NCBI GenBank assembly: GCA_010015805.1
Contig: ML978137.1
Coordinates: 372,001 to 436,000, forward strand
DNA: 64,000 nucleotides
Direction of reading: 5' to 3'
Origin: Rhizodiscina lignyota
Lineage: Eukaryota
The notes beneath the pieces were generated by a model. It made no database searches. It was not told the origin of the DNA and saw nothing but the letters and a program-made list of their open reading frames with translations. The position numbers and the translations under genes were made by a program. Numbering within the stretch: position 1 is the stretch's first letter; each line of letters opens with the position of its first letter. Shown here piece by piece: positions 1 through 10,923 of this stretch.

Positions 1-546
1 TGAGATGGTGGCAAGCGTCATGAAGTCGCTGACGAGGTCTGTTAAGGAGTGTACTGCATCGGCTAGGAGTGCTGTGGTCGCGTGGTCAGTTATTGTTCCA
101 ATGATGGCCATCAGGGGCTACCGCAGCGCACCTTGACTATGAAAGACATAACCGCCAACGCCTTTCCCAACGGCCATTCCAAGGTTAACATAAAGACCGA
201 TGCGGGTGATTCGCACACCCGCATCGTTCTTGTTGGTGGATGTGAGATAGACATTGTCCTGGTGGCTGTGGTGCGAATGGTGGGAGTGGCTCGAGTGCGT
301 CCGGGTGAGCGGAGGGCCTAAACTCGCGGGATCCATAGTGACAGGCAGATGCTGTTGCTTGTTGAAGATGAAAGGAGAGAAGTTATGGCGTGGAGGAGCG
401 GTAGGGCGGGGGGATCGATCCCTGAGTTGAGACGGTGTCCATAGCACGCGTGTGGTCTTACAGGGCTGAACAACGCCTTTTAGGCCAATGCTATTGGTGA
501 AGCCACGTAACAAAGAGGCCTGCCCATTGCATTGTCGCAAGAGCAT
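1..546 (-). CDS. MMT2: Cation diffusion facilitator / mitochondrial metal transporter (MMT1/MMT2-like), 5' part only; runs off the left edge
   Basis: His-rich segment, then 'YLTSTNKNDAGVRITRIGLYVNLGMAVGKGVGGYVFHSQ'. A GT-AG intron (72-131, CTGAC branch) joins it to 'ALLADAVHSLTDLVSDFMTLATIS', which carries the CDF HxxxD motif. In-frame ATGs at 546 and 336. Confidence 0.88.
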
Positions 547-1892
547 GAAGAGGTCGGATGCAGAGCACGACGTCACGAGCCAAATGCCGACGTGAGCATC
601 AAGGGCGGCGCGTTCGAGGAAGAGCAGGCTTCCCAGAAATTTGGGAGAGTTCGCGCGTCACTCATCCATGAAGCCAGCTAGACCTCTCCCGCTCCTTCTC
701 CACCCAATTGCATTTCGGCGCCGTTTGCAGCGCATGCAAAACTCTCCGCCAAATTCCACTCCAGAGATGCTACGAAGCACATCAATGGGCCTCGAAAACC
801 TGGCCGCAGACCAATGGCTTTGCGCGTCCACGGTCTTTTTGAGAAGATTAAGGGCAATTTCTGCCCGAAGCAGCTGGATGGCGCGCCTGGCCGCATAGAT
901 CTGACCATTCTGGGGGATCGCCACGCCCTTAATCTCTATTTCAACCGGGCTTCAAGCCACTATCGCCGTTTGCAGTCCATTTAGCGGTTGTTACAGTATC
1001 AAGCGAAAGAGCAGAGCAGCCACAGGCCCCTTAATAGACCTCAGAATGGGGAGGACCCATCAACTAAGCGCCGGCCTCCTGCGACCAACACCAGCCCTAC
1101 ATCTGCTAGACGCGAACAGCTCACCACTGGCCCACTCCACGACCACAAGCGATTACGCCCAGCACAACCAACCTCGAAAAAACGCCTCTCGTAGGCGCCT
1201 GGTAGTCTCCCATGCTGCCCTCGAATCCGCCTTGACTCGGCTAAAGCCACCCTCGAGCACCTGTTCTCTCCGGCTGGCCTATCCATTCGGCCCCCTCCAC
1301 AGTCTTCATTGTTGCCATGAGCAGACGCGCCTGCGCAGGCCTTCATTTCGTTTCAGGATCGGCGACTTTGAGCAGCCGTCGACTGTCACCATTGTCTTCT
1401 CCTCAGTAGCCGCGGCGTCTAGGGAAACTGGCATCTGTTTCATGCATCCGTACCACCACTGTGCATTGGACACTTGTACCTGACGGGCCGTGCCTCCCAC
1501 TCTGCTTGCCTTTAACGTCCTCTTAAAATGAGGCACAGCAGCAGAGTCTGATATATAGATGGTGTGGAGCGTTGTGGTATCCAGCCTGTCAGATTTTTGC
1601 TCACAGGCGCGTGAAACATCTCAAAACGCCTTTACTGCTCTTACCTCTCCTATATTGCTTCATATCCATTATCTCTTGTTTGAAGTTCGATCATTTGTCT
1701 ATTAGCGAGAGTGTCGCCTCTAATATCTCGATACACTAATCATAATTGACCACCCCCTTGGCCTCTCCTTTTCCCCGCATACGCCTTCCAGTCCTCCCCT
1801 TTCACTTGCATTCCTCACGATCTCAGCGACAACCACCAAAGCTGGATCTCAGCATCCTGCTTCTGTCGAGGCCTCATTCGTCCAGTTGGGAC

Positions 1893-2599
1893 ATGCCCAA
1901 GGAACTCAGGGCAGCCTCCTACATGCAGCGAGCAGCTCCAGTCGTTCTCCCGTCCGATTACACGCCGTCCTCCCGATCATCATCAGCATGGACGGCAGAG
2001 GAAGACGATATCCTCATGAACGCCAGAGCGGCAGGCCTCAATTGGAAGCCAATCGCTAGCCGACACTTCCCAAACAAGACCGACAACGCCTGTCGGAAGC
2101 GACACGAGCGGCTAATGGCGCAACGAAACGCCGAAGACTGGGATGGCCCGAAGCTCGAGCTCCTGGCAAAGGAGTACATGAATGTCCGGAGAGAAATGTG
2201 GACTTTGCTGGCCAATCGCGTCGGTGGAGAGAAATGGCAATTGATCGAAGCAAAGGTGAGCGAATCCACTCTCCCTGAATTGTCCTGTTTATTCCCTCTC
2301 CTATCTGATCGAAGCAACTAATCTAACGCTAGTGCATGGAGAAGGGCCTCAAGAATTTGCAGGCTGTCCATCGCTCCGCACAGCGGAGAGAGCGAGGTAT
2401 GGACGGTGATGAGAGCCGCATCGGTTTCTCTGATGCTGAGCACGACATCATTGATGACGATCCGCCGCAGATGAGTCTCCAACAGTTCCATCAAATGCAG
2501 CAGCAATACCATCAGAATCAGCTTCAGCAGCAGCGTCATCGGCCGCAGGGTGGAAGACTAAGCATCCAAGCAATGCTTTCACCTTCGCCTAGTGCTTGA
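1893..2599 (+). CDS. Small Myb/SANT-domain DNA-binding protein
   Basis: 'WTAEEDDILMNARAAGLNWKPIASRHFPNKTDNACRKRHERL' Myb repeat. Intron 2256-2332 joins 'IEAK' to 'CMEKGLK'. Gln-rich tail ending in 'LSIQAMLS'. Confidence 0.88.
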
Positions 2600-3339
2600 A
2601 GAGCCCCTTAATGCTTTGTGGGTTGCGGGGGAACTCTTTGGCCCCCTTAGATGCGTAGTGCATCACTCGATGGCACACTCTCTCGCATTTTTCTGTATCA
2701 ACATCTCTTTGGAAGGGTTCATTTGCACACCCAGAGATACTGGGCTTTGATTCTGGCGCTCAAAACTCTCATTGAACTTTTTGGTCCCACGATACCACGC
2801 ATTCTGCAGCATCTGCGATGTATATTTTTCATGATGGATTATTGTCCATAGATTTACCTGGCGACAGTCACATAGTAGACTTAGAATTTCAATGTCTACA
2901 GCATTCGATTTTCGTCCTGTCAAAGTCCTCCTTGACCTCACATCCCGATTCTCTCTTGCCGAAATCGTACATTGGATCTGTCCCTCGAGCACACAAGCAT
3001 TCCTGCATGACTCGAGAAAGCCTTGGGTCAGCCTAATATAGCATAGCCACCCAACACTTACGACCTCCTACATTTCTGCGGCATTCCCAAAGTCTTGGAG
3101 CTCAAGATGCCAACCAACATGCACACTTCCCAATGCAGCGTAGCGCAGCCGTCCCATGCACCGTCATGCAAGCCACGCCGAGAGATCTAAGCGCGCGCAA
3201 TCAGGCGAGCCTATGACGGCACCGGACGAGCTGATCGGCAGAGCTTTTCGCTGTCACCCTGGTCCTTCACCAGTTCCCCTTCACCCCGTCCCCTCGGACC
3301 CAACAACCTCCCCTCCCAGTATGTCTGGCCCGCCGCGAG

Positions 3340-4722
3340 ATGCCATTGATGCGAATCCCCTACACGGATCCGCTGCCGGCACCTAGGATCATCCCGTCGA
3401 GCGCGGCGTCGACAGCTGGTGCCGTTGAGGCTCTGGTGCGATTTCTCACTTCCTCGCCCGGCGAGCTGCCAGCACCGTCGCGAGCGCGCAGACACCTGAC
3501 ACCACCTTCTGCAGCTCTGCAGCCCTCTCCAACTGCGCCTCCACCATCTGCCGCAGCTGCAGACGATGCTCGACTTCGGGAGCGCAAGACGTTGCTCCTC
3601 ACAGGCGCGGGTGTCAGCGTGGCCTCTGGGTTGGCGGACTACAGAGGCACGCGGGGGACATACACCCTAAACAAGACATATCGTCCGACATACTACCACG
3701 AATTTGTTGCCCGACACGATGCCCGGAAGCGCTACTGGGCAAGGAGCTTTCTGGGCTCTGCGAATCTCGAGAGAGCGAAGCCGAATGCTGCGCACTATGC
3801 AATCGGGGAGCTGGGTAGGCAAGGCATTGTTGGAAAAGTCATTACGCAGAGTGAGCTATTCTCATCTTCAGGCAACCTATCGAGCTCTGCATACATAGCT
3901 AATAGACCCAAATCGAGTGTGTGCGCTAACGTCTTGCTCTCTCTCTCCACAGACGTCGACTCGTTCCATCCAATTGCGCATCCGACCCTACCAACCATTG
4001 AGCTGCACGGCTACCTTCGCACCGCAGTCTGCCTTTCTTGCCGTCGCGAATACCCTCGCCAGGAGTTTCAGGAAGAGCTCGCCCGCCTGAATCCGCCTTG
4101 GGCAGCCTTTCTGCAGGAGATGATTGCATCCGGCGCATTGGATACTGAGAATCCTACCGAGAGGCGGAGAAGAGGCCTTAAGACCAACCCAGACGGTGAT
4201 GTTGACCTGGGTGGCGGAGTGGACTACTCTACATTTCAGTATCCTGCATGTCCTAAATGTCTGGCAGATCCGCCTGTGCTTGCCAACGGCGAAAGGGGCA
4301 TAATTAACGTCGATGCAAATGGCGCGTGGCTACCAACTTCAACCGCTGGGGTTTTGAAGCCAAATGTGATCATGTTCGGCGAAAGCATTTCAAACGCTGT
4401 CAAGGAGGCTGCGGAGGCTGCAGTGGACAACGCCGGTAAGTTACTTGTCATCGGGAGTAGCTTGGCGACATATTCGGCATGGCGACTTGCGAAACAGGCG
4501 TTAGAGCTAGGTTTACCGATTGGAATCCTTAACATGGGTGGCGTTCGAGGCGAAGATGCCTTCTTCGCTCATGTTGACGAAAGCGATAAAGGTGAGAGTG
4601 CGTTCAGGTGCGCCGGTCCTGCAGAGGAAATTCTTCCTCAAGCTGTAGATGAGATTGAGAAGCTCACTGGTCGTCGAGTGAACGCTTCTGAGACATGCGC
4701 GAATATAGAAGCTGTTGCATGA
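3340..4722 (+). CDS. NAD-dependent sirtuin (Sir2 family, SIRT4-like)
   Basis: 'LTGAGVSVASGLADYRG', 'RKRYWARSFLG', 'ELHG..CxxC', 'CPKC', 'LKPNVIMFGE', 'GSSLATYSAWR'. Removing intron 3851-3952 restores 'ITQNVD'. Confidence 0.93.
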   Translation: MPLMRIPYTDPLPAPRIIPSSAASTAGAVEALVRFLTSSPGELPAPSRARRHLTPPSAALQPSPTAPPPSAAAADDARLRERKTLLLTGAGVSVASGLADYRGTRGTYTLNKTYRPTYYHEFVARHDARKRYWARSFLGSANLERAKPNAAHYAIGELGRQGIVGKVITQSELFSSSGNLSSSAYIANRPKSSVCANVLLSLSTDVDSFHPIAHPTLPTIELHGYLRTAVCLSCRREYPRQEFQEELARLNPPWAAFLQEMIASGALDTENPTERRRRGLKTNPDGDVDLGGGVDYSTFQYPACPKCLADPPVLANGERGIINVDANGAWLPTSTAGVLKPNVIMFGESISNAVKEAAEAAVDNAGKLLVIGSSLATYSAWRLAKQALELGLPIGILNMGGVRGEDAFFAHVDESDKGESAFRCAGPAEEILPQAVDEIEKLTGRRVNASETCANIEAVA

Positions 4723-5138
4723 GCATTCTTACTGGCGCCCTCATCAATGTCGCACAGATTTGGCTTTACCCCGCGCCCATGCGATATCAGATGATATGGA
4801 GTCTTCTCCAGTTTCCTTAATATCCATGGTCATACAATCATCGATGTAGCTGGGCATCGGCGGATAGAGTCGGTACAGCTGAAGGCTGGAGGATGAAGCT
4901 GCCGAATTCAGCATAGGTTCGCAACGTCATCGCACCTGCAGCTTCCGACTTCACCTATTAGCTGTGCCCGTTCAAAGACAGCGGAACAAGCAGTTGCTCG
5001 CTTAGCGCACATCATCCTCGAGACCGCCTTTTCCTTACTTCCCTAATCTCTACCTAGTATTCATTCCAGTCTCACCGGCCTATTTACGCTCCTAGTTTCC
5101 GTTCCTCTCTGCATGTCAAGCCTTTCTTCCATCGCACT

Positions 5139-6749
5139 ATGGAAACCACTGTCTCTACTTTGACCGCACCAGGAGTGCAGATGCATATTCCTCCAAGGGA
5201 TCTGCCCCGGGATGTCGCTATCGAAAAGTCGAAAATGAGCGGCGCTCTGTTAAATACCACGAACAGGGATGGCGGCTTTCCCAAGACCACTGATAATGCA
5301 GATCAAGCAGCACAAAGGTCAGTATTCGTGCGAAGTGATATGTTACCCTCCTCTCACTCATGAAATTTTTCAATTTACGCACAAATCTCACACCTGTCAG
5401 CATACAAAAAGAGAACAAGCCCTTATCAACGCGGCTCTTCTATCTAGCCGATCTGCCGTTGTACAGACACACGAAGCCCGTCCAAGTTGTGCCAGGCTTC
5501 GCGGAGGACAATAAAGGCGTCCACAACGTCGAACTCGAAGCCGGCCCGAAGGAGACGATTAATGATGTGCGCGGTCGAGAGCACGAGTTTACGCTTGAAG
5601 AGAATGGCTTCCGCTACCTCTATTCTCCGACGCAAGTCAAGGACTTCGCTTCCAAGGACGCATTAGAAACGGACTATCTTCGCGAATGTGAACGATTACT
5701 CAGGAGGGAGGTTGAAGGCGTTGATGAAGTTGTCTTCTTTGATGCCAGAGTTAGTGGTTTTGACATTCTGTTCAGTTGGACTAAATACTAATTTCTCTTC
5801 CTATCTCATTAGCTCCGGAAATCACAAACGAAAGGTAGTCGAGGTTCTGATGGACTGAGCACAAATCCATTTGCAAGACAAGTTCACGTTGGTCCGTCGC
5901 CGGAACGATACTACATCCGATGATATCAGCATGCTGACTCACACAGATGAGCTGGAGACATCAATCGTCACGCGCATCCGTAGCCAGACTGAGCTGAAGG
6001 CCGATTTCCTTCTTCGAGGCCGCGTCCGGGTAATCAACATATGGCGTCCCGTGTCTCATCCGGTATGGGACTGCGCACTTGCACTGACTGACACTGTTGG
6101 CTCCTCGTTGACGATTCGTGATGTGATCGAATGTGATCGAGTCCGTCGAGACACGGGCAAATTCTGGGACACCATGGGCGTTGTCCAGCACCGACAAGGA
6201 TATAAATGGTATTACATGAGCGAGCAAACGCCCGACGAACCAGTGATGTTCATGGGCTACGATTCCGCCTGCACGAAGAGAATAGCGAGACAAGAGGATG
6301 TCGATGGGAATCCAGGATTCTGCTTCCACACTGCATTTGATATCCCTGAGCCCTATCCGGAAGGTTGGCAGCCGCGAGAGAGTATCGAGGTCCGGGCACT
6401 TGTCTTTACTTACCCGTACATCGAGCGCGCCACGCCACTGCGCAACCAGCCATCGCCAGGTCAGGAGAAGGAAAAGAGACCCTTCCGAACAAGGAGTTTC
6501 TCGTACGAACCTGAGCAGAATGACCTCAATTTCGTGGGTGGACGGGGAGCCAAGAGAAACAGCAGGCAGGGCAGCAGAAGGGATTCGATGAGGCTGGAAC
6601 CTGACACGGGAACACCGAAGGAGCAAGACGAGGACATGAAGAGCTTGATGGAGGAGCTTGCGGCTCTGAAGGCTGCATTGAATCAAGAGAAAAGTGCGAG
6701 AGAGCAACTGGAGGCACAGGTAAAAGCATTGAAGAGGAAGGACGCGTGA
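5139..6749 (+). CDS. AsaB/CmcJ-like hydroxylase-desaturase family protein with C-terminal coiled-coil extension
   Basis: 'INDVRGREHEFTLEENGF', 'VHVD' (across an intron), 'RVRVINIWRP', 'WYYMSEQTPDE', 'HTAF', 'RESIEVRALV'. Introns at 5318-5400, 5750-5812 and 5892-5946 keep the frame. Confidence 0.82.
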
Positions 6750-7308
6750 ACGATTTAAAAGGATAATGAATGGATGCAAAAGGCGTTGAGTGGGTAGTTA
6801 TAGATACCAAGCGATATTTTAGATGATAATGATAGAGATATCTTTAGCTCAACTTCTTGAGATCAGATGAAGTGCAGGCAGCAAGTTGATATCAACCTTG
6901 GGGGCTCCTTGAGCCAGGGCCAGGCAACCATGCAGCCACAGTGAATAACATTTTTCCGGCCCCGAAGCGGAACGCGAGAGTTTAGCGCGTCTGTGGCGTC
7001 AGAGCGCGATTGCGCCGCTCGAGCAAGTGAAAGCTGCGATAATTCCGTCCAAATTATCATCACTCCGCATTGCTGCATTCAAAACTCATCGAGTTCATAT
7101 GAATAGCTGCAGTTGAAGTGCTTCAGATAACTGCTAAGCTCCTCTGCAGTCGGCCGGCTGCAGAATCGCTTCACCTATCCGCGGCGCAACACTCACGCTC
7201 AACACTTCACCAGGCGTCCCCGCGCAACGCGCCTTCCCGTATAAAATGTTCGTTTGCCTCTGATCACAGCTCTCCAAACTTCCTTCCTTCACCAGCCACC
7301 TTTTCAAC

Positions 7309-9183
7309 ATGGCTAAGTCCAACGCAAAGAAGCATGTTGACACTGGTCTCAGGGAAACCTTCGAATCTATCTACCTTGACCTCTCTAAAGAGCCTGGTAG
7401 ATGCCGTTTCGCAGACTCCGGCCTAGGCTGGAAGCCTTCAGGTGGTGGCGACACATTCACGCTCGACAAGAACAGCATCGCATCTGCACAATGGAGCAGG
7501 GCGTCAAAGGGCCACGAGATCAAGGTTCTCACAAGGAACGGAGATGTAGTTCAGCTCGATGGCTTCAAGGAAGAGGTGAGGCAATGGCGCTAGATCTGGT
7601 CCGACTTACTCTGACACTCTTAGGATTCTGATCGTGTTACAAAAGTGTTCCGAAACTGGTGGAATATCCCCTTCGACCACAAGGCTCACAACATTCGAGG
7701 CTGGAACTGGGGAAAGACGAATTTCGGAAAGGCTGAATTGGCGTTCAACGTGTCAAACCAGCCGGCGTTCGAGCTTCCCTACAGCGAGATTTCAAACACG
7801 AACCTGGCAGGCAAGAACGAAGTGGTTGTAGAACTCTCACTCCCCGCGAACGGCGAAGACACCGGTACGAATGGACATCTTGGCGGCGCTCGTGGACGAG
7901 GCAAGAAGTCTGGCGGAGCAAGAGATCAGCTTGTCGAGATGCGGTTCTACATACCTGGCACTGCGAGTAAGAAGGAGAAGAAAGAAGTGAAAGACGAGGA
8001 TGGCGAGATCAAGGATGAGGAGAATGAGGAAGGGGAAGAGGAAGAGGAAGATGACGCCGAGCAACAGAACGCCGCACAGCTCTTCTACGAAACCTTGAAC
8101 GAGAAGGCAGAACTTGGAGAAGTGTCCGGCGACACCGTCGCGACGTTCCTCGATGTCCTTCATCTCACACCTCGTGGACGTTTCGATATCGACCTCTACG
8201 AGACCTCGCTCCGTTTGCGCGGTAAGACATACGACTACAAGATCCAGTACGAATCCATCAAGAAGTTCATGCTTCTCCCGAAGCCCGACGACGTCCATAC
8301 ACTCATCACCCTTGGCCTAGAGCCGCCTCTGCGACAAGGCCAGACTCGGTATCCTTTCCTTGTCATGCAGTTCAAGCGAGACGAGGAAGTCTCTATCGAC
8401 CTCAACTTGACAGACAAGCAGCTCGAAGAGTACAAGGGCAGGCTCCAGCCGCACTATGAACAACAAACGCACACGGTCATCTCAATGATTCTGCGCGGCT
8501 TGGCTAACAAGAAGGTTATCACGCCATCGAAGGACTTCAGCAGCCACCACCAGCAATCAGGTGTCAAATGCTCCATTAAGGCGAACGAAGGGCATTTGTT
8601 CCTGCTTGATAAGAGCTTCATGTTTGTCCCGAAACCTGCTACTTACATCTCTCACGACAACGTGGCCAGCATTACCATGTCCCGCGTTGGAGGTGCTGTC
8701 TCCGCAAGCAGGACGTTTGATATCGCGATCACGATGAAGAAGGATGGTGGTGAATACCAATTCAGCAACATCAACCGGTATGTTCTGTGCCACTCAAGCA
8801 AATGTAGCAGCTACTAACCCCTCCGCAGCGAAGAGCAACAATCTCTGGAGGAGTTCTTCCGCCTTAAGGGCATTAAGACCAAGAACGAAATGGTAGATGA
8901 TTCAAGTAATCTTCTTGCAGCTGCGCTTGACGATGGTCTCGATGAATCGAGCGAGGATGAGGGTGGCCCGGCACGCGGAAGCGCAGACGATGAGGATGAG
9001 AGTGTGGATGAGGACTTCCAGGCCGACTCTGACTCTGATGTTGCGGAGGAGTATGATTCTGCTCACGATACCAGCGGCAGTGGGACCGATGTTGAGATGG
9101 ACGACGCTGATGCGGATGGAGATGCGGATGAGGATCCTGCTGCCGACGAGCGGCCGAAGAAGAAGACGAAGACGAAGAAATGA
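7309..9183 (+). CDS. POB3: FACT complex subunit Pob3/SSRP1
   Basis: 'RGWNWGK', 'LTPRGRFDIDLY', 'LRGKTYDYKI', 'PPLRQGQTRYPFLVMQF', acidic tail with basic end. Introns 7576-7623 and 8778-8828. Confidence 0.97.
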
Positions 9184-9917
9184 AGGGGCATGGTCCCGGT
9201 GACAATGAGCTGATAAGCAAGCTCTTCTATGACTTGCAAGGATGAAAGTGGCGGATTTGCATTTCGTTGGCGTTACAAAACTTGGGATACCTCGAGGCAG
9301 GCAACCTTTTCAGTCATCGGTCCTCCGAATGACATGTATGTTGCATTGCCGTAACATGAAGGCCTACGGCCAAGCAGCACAGGAATTCTACGACGTGCGG
9401 AAATTGCTCAGTTAAATTTGTTTTCTCCTAGACATGACACTCTATCGAGTTGAATCTTTTTCGCGAATATGCTTCACCAAACCTTCCCTGCGCTCTGTGT
9501 TTGGTGAGTAGGATCAGCTATATGAAGACCGCGCGGGATCCATTCGCGATACTACCGCCAACTGAATAAATCTCAAGATCGATGTATACGTCCTTCCCAG
9601 AGCGTAAGCATAGTAATATTCCGAGTAAAATTTATTCCGTATAGTCGCTTTCTGAAGGAGGTATTCCCCGCAGAGGCAGAATGCCTCCAAATTTGGTGTT
9701 TTGGTCTCGATGTTCATGCTTACTCTTATAATTTGTGTCAATTAACGACATAACACATGCGATGGATACGAAACGTAGTCGGTAATTATTGTTACGACCA
9801 AATGTAACATACAAATGAAGAGATACCTTCCCCAATCTTCTCAATTAAGCTAACTTGGGCCAAACTTTATCCCCTATTTAATCGTTGTCGATGCAGTTTT
9901 CTCACAGTGGTCTTGTA

Positions 9918-10133
9918 ACGTGTTCGACCACCCTTGACTGCTGGCTCCCTTTGATGCATATTAAGGAAATGGGGGGGTTTTTCGACCCTTTAGCTTCAAT
10001 AGGGTTAAACTAATTATTAATTCGTATAGGATTGAGAGGTTTTCGAACGTTTTAAGTATGTGATTGCTTGATTTGGTTAGCCTGCATTAGTAAGCACCGA
10101 AGGGCCCCAGCAGTCAAGGGTGGTCGAACACGT
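9918..10133. mobile_element. 216 bp non-autonomous MITE, Tc1/mariner superfamily (pogo/Fot1-like ends)
   Basis: Terminal inverted repeats ACGTGTTCGACCACCCTTGACTGCTGG (27 bp perfect, about 47 bp imperfect), TA on both sides (9916-9917 and 10134-10135), AT-rich non-coding interior. Confidence 0.88.
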
Positions 10134-10182
10134 TAGGGTTGGAAACCCTAAGAAACAGTGTCGTGGGCAACAATATAGTGGA

Positions 10183-10198
10183 TTAGGGTTAGGGTTAG
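10183..10198 (+). repeat. Short interstitial telomere-like motif TTAGGGTTAGGGTTAG
   Basis: Read directly. A TTAGGGTT/AACCCTAA mini-inverted repeat also lies at 10133-10151. Confidence 0.6.
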
Positions 10199-10923
10199 AG
10201 TGCGCAGTCATCCCGACCTCCTTTCCTCTACCGTGAAGAAACTGAACGTCTCCCCTCTCTTGCTCTCAGAACTTCGACATTGGTACGATATATGAACTCG
10301 CATTGCCTCGCATTGCTGGACAGAAGTGTCTGCGCTCAGGCGCTTTCTGGCCCCTGCTATGAGCATCGAACTCCCGTCGACAACTGCGATGGGAATTGTG
10401 TCACCCTGGTTGACATGGGCCCGGAAGGGCGCGACATATCAAGAGCTACAAATACGCCAAAATGGTTCCATCGGACAACCAAAGCCCTGAGATGATTGGA
10501 GCGCGAAATGGAAGGCACCCTTTTCTCTCCGCCGGACGGTCGGGGTAATCTCCCAGGCACGACAGCACCAACTCACAAGGCTGTTCGATCGACCCTGCAA
10601 CTGCTCGGGACAATCACTCTGTTCATGCCAGTTCAGATTTTGCCATCTGATTGATTGGAAATGCCACGAATATAGCGCTGTTGTCCAATCACAGAGCCCA
10701 CCCTAGAATATCCATCTTGCCCTGCATGTTGGATTCTTGAGGCTGAGCAGCCACGACGAAACTCTCCGTCGCCCCCAAACCTGCAGGAACTTGAGTCTCT
10801 CTGCACTCTCGCACATGCCAGTTTCCGATTTCCGATTTCCGCATCTCTTTGCATTGTGAATTTGACGTTCGCTTCTTCTGTCGTAGCATGATTCCTTAGA
10901 CAGTCGTTTCTTACAATTTGACC

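Noticed and set aside
641..1536. Several short overlapping ORFs between MMT2 and the Myb gene
   Set aside because: No recognisable motifs or consistent splice structure; likely divergent promoter and UTR sequence.
9500..9900. Moderately AT-rich stretch left of the MITE as a possible ncRNA or transposon relic
   Set aside because: No tRNA/snRNA motifs, terminal repeats or transposase remnants recognised.
10183..10198. Telomerase RNA template on the minus strand
   Set aside because: Only a short repeat match; no supporting pseudoknot or conserved domains identifiable by eye.
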